The position numbers and the translations under genes are program-made. From Candidatus Latescibacterota bacterium (lineage in GTDB: Bacteria > Latescibacterota > UBA2968), in NCBI GenBank assembly GCA_965208125.1, contig OZ242320.1:3136001-3200000 (forward strand): a stretch of 64,000 bases of DNA, in the 5' to 3' direction. A model generated the notes under the pieces. The model saw only the letters and a list, made by a program, of their open reading frames with translations. It ran no database searches and was not told the origin of the DNA. Below, piece by piece: positions 47,847 to 58,470 of the stretch (position 1 is the stretch's first letter; the number at the start of each line of letters is the position of its first letter).

Positions 47847-49127
47847 TTAATAACTCGAAGCTTTCATGTAAAAACACAGCCAGAATCCCATCAAAACGGT
47901 GGTGGCAGATAGGGCAAACACACCTTGAAGATGTACGAGGTCTGCGAGTATGCCTCCAAATATGGGATAGAGCGAACCAATGCCCAGCACGGTGTTGGTG
48001 ATGCCGATATAGGTTGGGCGACGCTCTGCTGGCGCGATGTCCAAAAGATAACTTTTGAATCCAATAAAGATGCCCGTTGTCGTTCCGCCTATTAAGAGAA
48101 AAATTGGCGAAAAGCAAGCCGCGATTATCCACTCAGACGTGTGTTGCAACAAACTCGCCTGGTTGCTCAAGATCAATGCCATACACGGAATTAGAGCCAC
48201 GCCCAGCACGGCGAACAAGACCACGCGGTGGTTTCCGTAATTGAGAGAGAGTTTTCCCCATATTATATTAAAAATAGCTGCGCCTATGGTTTGTATGGCC
48301 AAAAAAAGGCCGACTGTGCTTTCCGAGATGTAAAATGTCTCTCGGGCGAGTACCACGTAAAACGGGAGTGAGAATCCGATGCCCGATGCCAGCATTTGAA
48401 CCAGGAGGAACCGTCCAAAGTTGCGGTCGCGGCGCAGTAATTGAGGAATACCGCGAATCACCTGAATGGCATTTCGGTGGGTCGTGCCCATCTCGCCTTC
48501 TGGCTCTCGAACCAGACAGAAGCACCCGATGCCCAGACTCATCATTCCGGCACCCATCGCGAAGATCATGACATAATTTATCGGAAAGTTATAACCGCTA
48601 TCTGAGTCGAGAAAATACTTGACCAATATGCCCGCGAGAATGCTCAATACGCCGCCGAGAAATGAACGGGATGCGTAAAATAATCCGGTGTGCGACCTCG
48701 GCAGAGATCTGCCCACAATATCTGTATAGGCATTGCCCGCGGGGCCTCCAAAAAGAGAGGCGATGCCATATAGAATGAGAAAGCTGCTCAATACCAGACT
48801 GGGCCGTTCGAGTCCGTACCACGCGAGTAGTGGCACGATTGTCCAGATCAGCGACATGCGAATGAGGTTGGCCTGTCTGTACACAGGTAGCCGACGCGCA
48901 CGCCGCTCCAGATATCCCGCCACGAGCAATTGGGGCAAATGCCAACCTGCGCGGTGTAGAGAAGCGGCCAGGCCGACCAGCGTATCTGAGGTTGTAAAAT
49001 GCCGAATAAAAACAGGTAAGACTGTGGTGGGGTCCAAAAATGCCGTGCCAAATGCGAAGATGCCGCCATTTAATGTTCCCACAATAAAGTTGAACCGCGC
49101 ATTGCCCTTTTCAGGTAAGAATCCCAA
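47847..49127 (-). CDS. MFS transporter
   Basis: ~12 hydrophobic segments; LLDIAP..RRPTY motif. Confidence 0.85.
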   Translation of the reverse strand: MGFLPEKGNARFNFIVGTLNGGIFAFGTAFLDPTTVLPVFIRHFTTSDTLVGLAASLHRAGWHLPQLLVAGYLERRARRLPVYRQANLIRMSLIWTIVPLLAWYGLERPSLVLSSFLILYGIASLFGGPAGNAYTDIVGRSLPRSHTGLFYASRSFLGGVLSILAGILVKYFLDSDSGYNFPINYVMIFAMGAGMMSLGIGCFCLVREPEGEMGTTHRNAIQVIRGIPQLLRRDRNFGRFLLVQMLASGIGFSLPFYVVLARETFYISESTVGLFLAIQTIGAAIFNIIWGKLSLNYGNHRVVLFAVLGVALIPCMALILSNQASLLQHTSEWIIAACFSPIFLLIGGTTTGIFIGFKSYLLDIAPAERRPTYIGITNTVLGIGSLYPIFGGILADLVHLQGVFALSATTVLMGFWLCFYMKASSY

Positions 49128-49254
49128 GGAATTGTCCCCACACCCGATGAACCGCTAAGTAGTTATACGCTGTTCCACAATATAATGCTTCTTGACAATC
49201 GGGAAACTCGTTTCTATATCTTGGTTATAGATTGATTTTTTTTAAGGAGATCCC

Positions 49255-49725
49255 ATGTCCAAAATTATCTATCTCGCCAGTCCCTATGGTTTTTCGTCTC
49301 AACAGAAACAGAAACTTTTGCCCGAGTTTGTTCAGGTGCTCGAGTCTCTCGGCGCAGAAGTGTGGGAGCCTTTTGGACGCAATAATCAGATTGACAAGGC
49401 ACAGCCTGGATGGGCGTATCAAATCGGGCAGGCAGATGTGCGCGATGTCAAAGAATCAGACGCGATATTTGCTATTGTCAATGGTACGCCTCCCGATGAA
49501 GGTGTGATGGTTGAGCTTGGGATTGCCATTGCTTTGGAAAAAAAGACCTTTCTGTTTCGAGATGATTTTCGCCGCTGTACCGATTCAGAAGACTATGCGC
49601 TTAACCTTATGCTCTTTACTGGTCTGCCGGAACACGGCTGGGAAGATTATTATTACACTTCTTTGGATGAAGTTGCCGATCCGGACAAGGCTCTGGTGCG
49701 CTGGCTGAATGGAGCGGTAGATTGA
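49255..49725 (+). CDS. Nucleoside 2-deoxyribosyltransferase family protein
   Basis: IYLASP, D…DAIFA…PDEGVMVELG, NLML. Confidence 0.88.
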   Translation: MSKIIYLASPYGFSSQQKQKLLPEFVQVLESLGAEVWEPFGRNNQIDKAQPGWAYQIGQADVRDVKESDAIFAIVNGTPPDEGVMVELGIAIALEKKTFLFRDDFRRCTDSEDYALNLMLFTGLPEHGWEDYYYTSLDEVADPDKALVRWLNGAVD

Positions 49726-49741
49726 CGATATGATGTGTTCT

Positions 49742-49776
49742 AAAAAAGGGGCAACCGGAAAAGGTCGCCCCTTTTT
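49742..49776. terminator. Bidirectional intrinsic terminator
   Basis: AAAAAAGGGGCAACC-GGAAAA-GGTCGCCCCTTTTT between convergent genes. Confidence 0.8.
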
Positions 49777-49795
49777 ACTGTCTATTTGCTGTGCG

Positions 49796-51157
49796 TTATC
49801 GCGCAGCCTCTATGGCCTCGGCTTTCATTTTTTCTCTCTCCATATCATCCTGCCATCGCGCTTGAATGTCTTCGCGCAAACGCCAGAGTGGATCAAAATA
49901 AAAGAAAAATGTATCGGGTTTTACTACGGGACTGATATAGACGGCGATTCCGGTTTCCCTGTTGTAATGTTCATAGGAGTGCGCATCTCGTTTTCCGCCA
50001 CCGCCCAATGTATCTACAATAAATGTGGGCATGTTAAACCCGGATGTGGTGCCGCGTATGGCTTTTTCAATGGCGAGGCCATCGTCGAGCGTTGTACGCA
50101 GGTCTTCAACGCCGCGCACGAGGTCGTGGAAATACACGTAATAGGGTTGTACATTTAAGTAGCTCAACCGCTTGACCAGGAGTCTCATCGTCTCGGTGCT
50201 GTTATTCACGCCGCTTTGAAGTACTGCCTGGTTGCGTATTGTTATTCCGCGCGACTGTAGCCGATTAAGTCCGTCCTGGGTAATGCCGGTGATTTCGACG
50301 GGGTGATTAAAATGGGTGTGCAAGACGACTTCTTTGTGCATTTTGCGCCCGCGATCTACCACGCGCGTCAGCGCATCTACCCAGGCATCATCTGTGACGA
50401 GTTTTTGCGGCATGACCGCCGGACCTTTGGTCGCAAAGCGAAATCGCCGAATGTGGTCAATATCCAGCAGACGATTGCCCAGTTCTTCGAGTTGATCGGC
50501 TTTGAGTTGATACATGTCGCCGCCGCTGACCACTACGTCTTCGATTTCGGGACGCGATTGAATATACCCAATCGCATTGTCCCAGCGCGCGCGATTGACC
50601 CGCAAATTTACCTTTTCCACATCTTCTGTATCCAGTCCTACGGCATAGCTGCGGGTGCAAAATCGGCAATATACGGGACAGGTATCCAATACGAGGAATA
50701 ACACGCGGTCTGGGTAGCGATGTGTCAATCCCTCAACGGGGGCATCTCCCAATTCATTGAGCGAATCGAGGTGCAGCTCGGGATGATCGCTCTCTTGCTC
50801 GCATCTGAGAGATAAAAATTGTTTGCGAAGCGGATCGCGATACGGGTCATCCCAATTGATCAAGCTCGTGATATACGGCGAAATACGCACGCTCATGGGC
50901 GCGTGTTGCAGACCCGCTGCGACTTCTTGATAAAAGTCATTGGGTACCCGATTCTCAAGTACTCGCATCAATTTGCCCACGCTGGTTATTGAATGGCGCA
51001 TCTGAAAGATGTGCGAGTGGAAGGTGCGCGCGTCTATGTCTGCAAATGCGGGGATATGTCGCCAAAATTCATCCCGACGCAGTTCGCGATGCGCGAGATC
51101 CTCGGGATCGACGGGCGGTTTTGTGCGATGTGAATACGCGGTTTCGGTAATGGCCAT
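49796..51157 (-). CDS. KamA family radical SAM aminomutase (lysine 2,3-aminomutase-like)
   Basis: GLTHRYPDR, CPVYCRFCTR, SGGD, HFNHP, NQAVL, GGGGK. Confidence 0.9.
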   Translation of the reverse strand: MAITETAYSHRTKPPVDPEDLAHRELRRDEFWRHIPAFADIDARTFHSHIFQMRHSITSVGKLMRVLENRVPNDFYQEVAAGLQHAPMSVRISPYITSLINWDDPYRDPLRKQFLSLRCEQESDHPELHLDSLNELGDAPVEGLTHRYPDRVLFLVLDTCPVYCRFCTRSYAVGLDTEDVEKVNLRVNRARWDNAIGYIQSRPEIEDVVVSGGDMYQLKADQLEELGNRLLDIDHIRRFRFATKGPAVMPQKLVTDDAWVDALTRVVDRGRKMHKEVVLHTHFNHPVEITGITQDGLNRLQSRGITIRNQAVLQSGVNNSTETMRLLVKRLSYLNVQPYYVYFHDLVRGVEDLRTTLDDGLAIEKAIRGTTSGFNMPTFIVDTLGGGGKRDAHSYEHYNRETGIAVYISPVVKPDTFFFYFDPLWRLREDIQARWQDDMEREKMKAEAIEAAR

Positions 51158-51159
51158 TT

Positions 51160-51295
51160 TGCTACCTTTTTTAAAATGTATAGACGCCCAGATGCGTCTA
51201 TGAACAGGCCTGAGGCGTGGATACGCGTTTACGCCTGGCCTAAATTCTGCGTCTGGGAAACTATCTATAATACATCCACAGTATATGTCTGTCAA
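51160..51295 (-). promoter_or_regulatory. Promoter and structured 5' leader of the kamA-like gene
   Basis: TTGACA(51295)-17-TATTAT; leader with two hairpins and alternative pairing. Confidence 0.55.
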
Positions 51296-51383
51296 GTCTG
51301 GGCGCGGACAAAAACCTTGTCCGACTCGTTTGTTTATTTTACTTTAGAAAATCTGTTGCTATCATTCTGAATGGAATTTTTTT

Positions 51384-54146
51384 ATGTCAAAACGCGCGTT
51401 TGTTCTCCTCATTTTGGGTTTTGCTGTTTTTGCAGCTTTTGTTGGGCTGAGGCTGCTCTCGGTGATTTATACCGATTTTCTCTGGTTTTCGTCACTCGGT
51501 TTTCACGACGTATTTATCACCATTATACGCACCAAAACCCTCGCCCTTTTTGCATTTGGAAGTGTTTTTGCACTGATCTGTGGTATCAGTATTGTCGCTG
51601 CTCGGCGCTATGGGCAGCCCACGCGTATTATGGCGCTTGAGGTTATTATCGATGGCGATGTTCCCATACCGCCTGATCATTCTCTCCGACAGCGTTACGC
51701 CTGGATCGGCATTGTCGCGCTGTTGTCCTTTTTTATGGGGGTTGCAGGCACTTCGGCCTGGTCAGTTGTTCTAAAATACATCAATCCCACCTCTTTTGAT
51801 CTGGCTGATCCCATATTTGGGTACGACATAGCATTTTATGTTTTCAGCCTGCCGCTGTACAATTTTCTGCAGGGTTGGCTCATTTCTGCAGTTATTGTGA
51901 CGGGGGTTGCTACGGTTGTTTCCTATCACCAGGATAGAGCGATTCGATTCGATGATAAGCGCTGGATTACGACCCCACAGGTGCGGGCACACGTCTCGAT
52001 TCTCGGCGCTGTTCTCGCTCTTTTACTCGCGTGGGGGTATTGGCTAAAAAGATACGAATTGCTCTTTTCCTTTCGCAAAGAAGCTTTTTTTGGCGCGGGT
52101 TATACAGATCTCAATATTCAGATTTGGGCTTATTATCTGATGCTTTTGGGGCTTATTATTCTGGCGGGTTTGCTCTTTTACAACGTGTGCGTTCGCACAT
52201 GGAAGATTCCCGGATTTGGTGCGGCGGGCTATCTCGGTGCGATTATTGTCGTGAGCTGGTGCATCCCTATTATTTTTGAATTGGTGGTTGTGCGACCCAA
52301 TGAATTTGACAGAGAAAAGCCCTATATTGAACATGCCATCAATTACACGCGCAAAGCATATCGTTTGGATAAGATCGAGGAGGTGCCTTTTCCCGGCGAA
52401 TCTGATCTCACTGCGGATGATATCGCAGATAATCAGGCTACCATACAAAGTATTCCGCTGTGGGATCGCCGCCCGCTTATGGATACGTATTCGCAGATTC
52501 AGGAAATTCGGTCCTACTACAAATTTCGAAGTGTCGATGTGGATCGGTATCGCATTGATGACACGTATCGGCAGGTTATGCTGGCCGCGCGCGAACTGGC
52601 GAGAAATCCGCGCGATTTACCAGGGGATACATGGGTCAATCGACATCTTGTGTACACGCATGGATACGGTCTGGTGATGAGTCCGGCGAATGAGATTGCA
52701 GCCGAAGGACTGCCGGGATTTCTGCTCAAAGATATTCCACCAGTCTCATCGAATGGCATTGAGGTTGCCCGCCCCGAACTCTATTACGGGGAGGACATGC
52801 GCGATTATGTTATCGTTCGGACCAATACACCCGAATTTGACTATCCCAAAGGCGATGAGAATATATACACGAATTATCAGGGACGCGGTGGTGTGCCATT
52901 GGGCGGATTTTTGACGCGCCTTGCATTTGCCATTCGCTTTGTCGATCCATTTATTATTTTTACCGATGCGATAACGCCCCAAAGTCGCATTGTGTTTGAC
53001 CGGCACATCGGCACTCGCTTTGGCGAAGATGCCCCGCGGCGGTTTGACAAAATTGCTCCCTTTCTCCGTTTTGACAACGATCCCTATCTCGCCGTGGTGG
53101 AAGGCCGCCTGCTCTGGATACAGGATGCTTATACTATATCCAATATGTTTCCCTATTCGATGCCTTATGGACGGCCTTATGTGCGAGAGATGAATTATAT
53201 CCGAAATTCTGTCAAAGTGGTACTCGACGCGTACAATGGGAGTGTCACTTTCTATGCCTGGGATACGAGTGACCCTCTTCTCAAGACCTATATGGCGATT
53301 TTTCCGCACCTGTTCAAGTCAGCCGATGAAATCAGTCCTGCACTTCGCGCACACTTGCGGTATCCGATAGATCTCTTTGATATTCAGGCGTCGCTTTACA
53401 ATACGTATCATATGACCACTCCGATAGTGTTCTACAACCGCGAAGATGTGTGGGAGATTCCCACAGAATACTACGGCACAGTTGATCGCCCCATTCGCAT
53501 GCGTCCGTATTATGTGATGGCGCGTTTGCCGGATGAAGACCACGAAGAATATATTCTCATGCTGCCGGCTACGCCTTCCAACAAACCCAATATGATCGGC
53601 TGGATATTTGCGCGCTGTGACGGAGAAAATTACGGACGACTCGTGGTCTATAAATTACCGAAGGAAAAGCTCATTTATGGGCCGATGCTCATTGAACAAC
53701 GCATCAATCAGGATACTGATATTTCCCGAGAGATTACGCTATGGGACCAGCGCGGGTCAGATGTCATACGCGGCAATTTGCTGGTTATTCCCATCCGCAA
53801 TTCGTTCATTTACGTCGAGCCGCTTTATTTGCGCGCATCCCAACACGGCATGCCAGAACTCAAGCGCGTGCTCGCTATTCACGGTGATCGCCTCGCTATG
53901 GGCGAAGATCTCAACGATGCTCTCAACAGGGTTTTTGCCAAAACAACGGGCACGCGAGTTCGGGATACTGAAATTTTGCCAGAAGACCTCAAAACACTCG
54001 CCCGGCAGGCGTATCGGCAATTTGAAACGGCGCAAAAGCACTTACAAGCGGGCGCATTTTCCGATTATGGACAAAGCGTTGAGGCACTGCGCCAAACCCT
54101 TCGGCGCATGTATGAAAGTGAAGGACAAAATAGACGAGATGAATAG
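51384..54146 (+). CDS. UPF0182 family membrane protein
   Basis: WFSSLGF, DPIFGYDIAFY, WVNRHLVYTHGYG, NYIRNSVK. Confidence 0.93.
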   Translation: MSKRAFVLLILGFAVFAAFVGLRLLSVIYTDFLWFSSLGFHDVFITIIRTKTLALFAFGSVFALICGISIVAARRYGQPTRIMALEVIIDGDVPIPPDHSLRQRYAWIGIVALLSFFMGVAGTSAWSVVLKYINPTSFDLADPIFGYDIAFYVFSLPLYNFLQGWLISAVIVTGVATVVSYHQDRAIRFDDKRWITTPQVRAHVSILGAVLALLLAWGYWLKRYELLFSFRKEAFFGAGYTDLNIQIWAYYLMLLGLIILAGLLFYNVCVRTWKIPGFGAAGYLGAIIVVSWCIPIIFELVVVRPNEFDREKPYIEHAINYTRKAYRLDKIEEVPFPGESDLTADDIADNQATIQSIPLWDRRPLMDTYSQIQEIRSYYKFRSVDVDRYRIDDTYRQVMLAARELARNPRDLPGDTWVNRHLVYTHGYGLVMSPANEIAAEGLPGFLLKDIPPVSSNGIEVARPELYYGEDMRDYVIVRTNTPEFDYPKGDENIYTNYQGRGGVPLGGFLTRLAFAIRFVDPFIIFTDAITPQSRIVFDRHIGTRFGEDAPRRFDKIAPFLRFDNDPYLAVVEGRLLWIQDAYTISNMFPYSMPYGRPYVREMNYIRNSVKVVLDAYNGSVTFYAWDTSDPLLKTYMAIFPHLFKSADEISPALRAHLRYPIDLFDIQASLYNTYHMTTPIVFYNREDVWEIPTEYYGTVDRPIRMRPYYVMARLPDEDHEEYILMLPATPSNKPNMIGWIFARCDGENYGRLVVYKLPKEKLIYGPMLIEQRINQDTDISREITLWDQRGSDVIRGNLLVIPIRNSFIYVEPLYLRASQHGMPELKRVLAIHGDRLAMGEDLNDALNRVFAKTTGTRVRDTEILPEDLKTLARQAYRQFETAQKHLQAGAFSDYGQSVEALRQTLRRMYESEGQNRRDE

Positions 54147-55047
54147 TCAGGTCTCAAAGTGGGCTGGTTTGCTCACTGAACAGCGCAATCCCAATAGCAC
54201 CCACATTGACCGGTGTTCGACGGTGGATGCATTGCGCCTTATCAATGCCGAAGATCAAAAAGTAGCGCATGCTGTTGAAGGTGTGATAGATGATGTTGCC
54301 TGTGCTGTCGATCTCGTGGTATCGGCATTGCAAAAGGGCGGCCGCCTCTTTTATGTCGGCGCGGGAACCAGTGGTCGCCTCGGCGTTCTCGATGCGTCTG
54401 AATGCCCGCCGACCTATGGCGTGTCACCCGATCTCGTACAGGGTATTATTGCCGGCGGTATTCCCGCTTTGACACATTCACAAGAAGGCGCGGAAGACCA
54501 TCCAGAAGACGGAAAAGCAGCGCTTAAAGATCGCGGTTGCACATCCGATGATGTCGTTATGGGCATTGCGGCGAGTGGGGTTACACCTTTTGTGCTCGGC
54601 GCGCTTGAATACGCACAACGCATTGGCGCAAAGACTTTGTTTTTTACATGTAATCCAGATGTGATAGAAAAAGTACGCACAGATGTCGCGATTGTTCCTG
54701 TGGTGGGGCCAGAAGTCATTACCGGTTCGACGCGCATGAAAGCGGGTACGGCAACCAAACTCGTGCTCAATATGATTACTACAACGGCTATGATCCGCCT
54801 GGGCAAAGTCTATGAAAATCTGATGGTTGACCTCGCGCTGACCTGCGACAAACTCATAGACCGTGCCGAACGCATTTTAGGGATTGTATCTGATCTGACG
54901 CCTGAAGAAAGTCGTCGGGCACTCGACGATGCACAGGGCGATCTCAAAACGGCTATTATCATGACAAAACGGGCTGTTTCTATAGAGACAGCCCGCGATT
55001 TACTGCGGCAAAATGATGGCGTTATCAACAAGGTTCTGGTAGATTAA
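54139..55047 (+). CDS. murQ: N-acetylmuramic acid 6-phosphate etherase
   Basis: TEQRNP, GAGTSGRLG..DASECPPT, GPEVITGSTRMKAGT; start at MNSQ rather than the long ORF start. Confidence 0.95.
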   Translation: MNSQVSKWAGLLTEQRNPNSTHIDRCSTVDALRLINAEDQKVAHAVEGVIDDVACAVDLVVSALQKGGRLFYVGAGTSGRLGVLDASECPPTYGVSPDLVQGIIAGGIPALTHSQEGAEDHPEDGKAALKDRGCTSDDVVMGIAASGVTPFVLGALEYAQRIGAKTLFFTCNPDVIEKVRTDVAIVPVVGPEVITGSTRMKAGTATKLVLNMITTTAMIRLGKVYENLMVDLALTCDKLIDRAERILGIVSDLTPEESRRALDDAQGDLKTAIIMTKRAVSIETARDLLRQNDGVINKVLVD

Positions 55048-56573
55048 GCCTTATTTTGTTCCCCTTGATAGAATGCTTTTACCAGGCTGTCGAGAAAGTT
55101 TTTGGGCTGGCGCACGGCTTCTGCAGTAATGACAAAAGATTGGTGTCCCAACAGCTTTAGCCCATGTCCGTAATCGTCGAATAAATCCGGACAGACTTCT
55201 TCAACTGTGCGATTTTCTTTTGCGGCCTTTTCGGCAAGTGCGCCCAGTGCCTCATCGTCAAAGATGAGTGCGATGCCATAAGCATTCTGGAATCGCTTCG
55301 CAAACGCGTTTGTGCCCCGCAGGATCAGCAACTGCTGAAGTGCGTGATCGGGATTTTCAATCACATTTTTTGTGACGTGAAACGAATCGATTTCTGTCGA
55401 TGGTAATGATTTTTCAAATTTTAGCAGTGTGCGTTCACATACGCTGACCAGACTTCGCGCACCGGTTTGTTCCTGGGCTGCTTGTTCGGCCAATAACCTG
55501 AGCGCTTCGTCGTCAAAAGTCAGATCAATGCCATAGGCTTTGAAGTCGCGTTTTTTGCCCAGAATTACCGAACTGGTCTGGCTCTGCAAAATCGCGTAGA
55601 GATCGTCAACGCTCAAGGGCGTTAAAACTGCTGTTACGGGCAACCGCCCCACAAACTCAGATTCAAAACCGTATTCGATCAAGTCTTCTGTTTTGGCGTG
55701 TTGCAAAAGTTCTGTGTGGTCCTGTTCGTGAGATATGTCGCGCCCGGATTGGAACCCGACTTTGCCCAGATTGAGACGCTTTCGCACGATATCATTGAGG
55801 CCGCTAAATGCACCGCTTACGATAAACAGGATGTTGCGCGTGTTAATTTTTTGACGCTCTACTTTGCCACTGCGCTGAAATTGCATCATGGATTCCATCT
55901 GCGATGTGAGGTCGTGCGGTGCTTTGAGATCGACGTCGGTTTCTTCCATGAGCTTGAGCAAGTTGCGCTGAACGCCCGTGCGCGATACGTCTGGTCCGAC
56001 CAGATTTGAGGCTGATGCGATTTTGTCTATTTCGTCGATGTACACGATGCCGTATTGCGCCATTTCAATGCTGCCATCGGCTTCTCGCACGAGTTCTCGA
56101 ATCAGGTCTTCGACATCGCCACCTACATATCCCGTTTCGCTGAATTTTGTAGCATCGCCCTTGACAAATGGAACGCCAATGCGTTGTGCAATCAACTTGA
56201 TCAAATACGTTTTGCCCACGCCCGTAGGGCCAATCAGGAGTATATTGTTTTTGATTTGTCCTACATTTTTGCGCGAAAATTCCGGGTCTTCGCGGTCGAG
56301 TTTCATGCGATTGTAATGCGTACATATTTTGGTGGCTAATACTTCTTTTGCTTCGGCTTGTTGTACCACATACTCGTTTAAGTAAGCCTCCAACTCTTCG
56401 GGTTTGAGGTCAAAATCTATGGTTTGTTTCGCAGGTTCTTCCACGCGGGGACCTTCCTGCATCCCGTCAGTCTCCCCTTCGGGAAATACCACCTGATTCC
56501 CGTATTTTTCTTCGAGGAAGTTTTTGAGATCTTTTTGTAATTCTGCTGGAGAAAAAGGTCGTTTTTCAGACAT
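55044..56573 (-). CDS. ClpX-like AAA+ ATPase lacking the N-terminal zinc-binding domain
   Basis: GPTGVGKT, DATKFSETGYVG, DEIDKI, VGF loop, TGAR; no CxxC N-terminus. Confidence 0.85.
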   Translation of the reverse strand: MSEKRPFSPAELQKDLKNFLEEKYGNQVVFPEGETDGMQEGPRVEEPAKQTIDFDLKPEELEAYLNEYVVQQAEAKEVLATKICTHYNRMKLDREDPEFSRKNVGQIKNNILLIGPTGVGKTYLIKLIAQRIGVPFVKGDATKFSETGYVGGDVEDLIRELVREADGSIEMAQYGIVYIDEIDKIASASNLVGPDVSRTGVQRNLLKLMEETDVDLKAPHDLTSQMESMMQFQRSGKVERQKINTRNILFIVSGAFSGLNDIVRKRLNLGKVGFQSGRDISHEQDHTELLQHAKTEDLIEYGFESEFVGRLPVTAVLTPLSVDDLYAILQSQTSSVILGKKRDFKAYGIDLTFDDEALRLLAEQAAQEQTGARSLVSVCERTLLKFEKSLPSTEIDSFHVTKNVIENPDHALQQLLILRGTNAFAKRFQNAYGIALIFDDEALGALAEKAAKENRTVEEVCPDLFDDYGHGLKLLGHQSFVITAEAVRQPKNFLDSLVKAFYQGEQNKA

Positions 56574-56715
56574 AAAAAAAGCTCCAGGGTCAAGGGGCTG
56601 GGAATAAGTGCTCAGTCCATCCTGAGTAATAACTGAAAGCACCTAAACAATACCAATACTGCTTCTAACTGTCAAGTTATCATCAGAACATACTATGTTA
56701 GGATGAGATACAGGT

Positions 56716-58443
56716 ATGAACCTTAGCCCACTAACACTTCGCAGATTATGCGATGAATTGCGGCCTCAGATCGACCATCGTCTGATTCGCGATGTGTACC
56801 TCGTAGGCCAACACGATCTGTTTTTGCATCTGGGCGATGCGGGGTACCTCTTGCTTTCCTCACATCCGAGTCGAAGTTGTCTGATGCTGACCCAACCGCC
56901 TATCGACGCCCAGCATGTGCGCATCCCCTGGGCGGATCGCTATTTGCGCGGTGCAGGTATTATTGACATTGAACACGTTCCCCATGAACGCATTGTGCAT
57001 CTCGTGGTTCGCAAGCGTGACCGCATTGGCACTGCTACCGATTCCCGCATTATATGCGAGTTGATCAACAGGTATGCCAATGTCATTCTCGTCGATATTA
57101 GAACGGAACGAATCCTGGGGGCACTCAGGTCCCTTCGCTCGCGCCAGAATCGCGTGCGGGAAATATCCCCGGGAAAGATCTATCAGCCGCCACCACCACT
57201 CGACCGCACACCACCGGAGAGCGCGAAGCTTTCCTTTTTGATTGATATTCCCGAAGATATGCGCGCAAATGCGCTTGTACAACATATTGCGGGTCTTGAC
57301 CTTTTATCCGCACGCGAATTGCTTCATATTGCTGGTTTTGTGGAAAAACGCCTGCTTTCCGCCAGCGATCTCGTAAATTTTGCAGAGATTATTCGCGCCT
57401 TTTTTGCAAATCCACCATTTTATGACGGGGGCCTGCGCGTGCGCGACGGGGATAATCACAACGCGATTTGTGCTCTTGATGTTCGGCATACGCAGATAGA
57501 ACAAGCGTATAGTACGCTCAGTGAAGCCATATCGGATGTTGCGGCGAGCGAAGTTCAGGCTGAAGCACTTAAAGGGCGACAAAAAAATATCGAGAAGGAT
57601 GTGAAAAAACGCCTGACTGTCTGCGAGCGGAAAATTGCGCGTATCCGCGCAGATATCGACGATGCGAGCAATGCAGATTTGTATGAAAAGATGGGAAATG
57701 TACTGATGTGCCACATCGCGCAGATTCCTCCGAATGTCGATACTATTACGTTGCCCGATGTGTTTAGTCCATCCAGTGGGGATATGGTTATTTCCCTCAA
57801 TCCGCGGCGTACAGCTTCGGAAAATGCCAGCGCGTATCTCAAGCGAGCGCGGAAAGCGCGAAAAGGTGCGCCCATTCACGCCAAACGCCTCGTGGCCGCG
57901 CAGAGGGAGAGGGATAAAATCCAGCAGTACATAGATCGCCTCAATACTGTCCGTTCGGAAGCCGAGTTCGACGAGATACGGCAGGAACTGGAAGACGCGC
58001 GCCTGATCAAAGCTCCTCAAAAGAGGTCGCAAGTCGGATCTAAACGCCAGAAGAGCGGCGATATTCATCCCAGGCGGTATCGCACACAAGATGGTTGGCG
58101 CGTGCTGGTGGGGCGAAATAATGCGGAAAATGACAGGCTTACCAAAAGTTCAGGCCGCGACGATCTCTTTTTGCACGTTCATGGATGCCCCGGATCTCAT
58201 GTGATTCTCAAACGCGATGGCAGAGCGGACCGCCCTTCTCGAAAAACACTTGAAGAAGCGGCCAGTCTGGCGGCTTATTGGAGCAAAGCGCGGGGGGCAA
58301 AAACTGTGCCGGTTAATTATACGGAGGTTCGCTATGTGCAAAAGCCGCGCGGAGCACCGCCGGGCCTGGTCACGATTCGCAATGAAAAAACCGTAATGGT
58401 CTCGCCTCGTGAACTCAAGCGAGAGGATGAGGAGTATTCGTAA
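56716..58443 (+). CDS. rqcH: NFACT/Rqc2 (RqcH/FbpA-like) ribosome quality-control protein
   Basis: ERI…ICEL..RYANVIL; coiled coil; VGRNNAEND…HV..CPGSHV…AAYWS. Confidence 0.85.
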   Translation: MNLSPLTLRRLCDELRPQIDHRLIRDVYLVGQHDLFLHLGDAGYLLLSSHPSRSCLMLTQPPIDAQHVRIPWADRYLRGAGIIDIEHVPHERIVHLVVRKRDRIGTATDSRIICELINRYANVILVDIRTERILGALRSLRSRQNRVREISPGKIYQPPPPLDRTPPESAKLSFLIDIPEDMRANALVQHIAGLDLLSARELLHIAGFVEKRLLSASDLVNFAEIIRAFFANPPFYDGGLRVRDGDNHNAICALDVRHTQIEQAYSTLSEAISDVAASEVQAEALKGRQKNIEKDVKKRLTVCERKIARIRADIDDASNADLYEKMGNVLMCHIAQIPPNVDTITLPDVFSPSSGDMVISLNPRRTASENASAYLKRARKARKGAPIHAKRLVAAQRERDKIQQYIDRLNTVRSEAEFDEIRQELEDARLIKAPQKRSQVGSKRQKSGDIHPRRYRTQDGWRVLVGRNNAENDRLTKSSGRDDLFLHVHGCPGSHVILKRDGRADRPSRKTLEEAASLAAYWSKARGAKTVPVNYTEVRYVQKPRGAPPGLVTIRNEKTVMVSPRELKREDEEYS

Positions 58444-58470
58444 ATTTTTTAATTTTTCAAGGGAGATATT

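Noticed and set aside
51160-51260. Canonical lysine or SAM riboswitch
   Set aside because: Too short and lacks the consensus motifs
53608-54138. N-terminal extension or fusion on MurQ
   Set aside because: Overlaps the UPF0182 gene in another frame; MurQ homology starts at 54139
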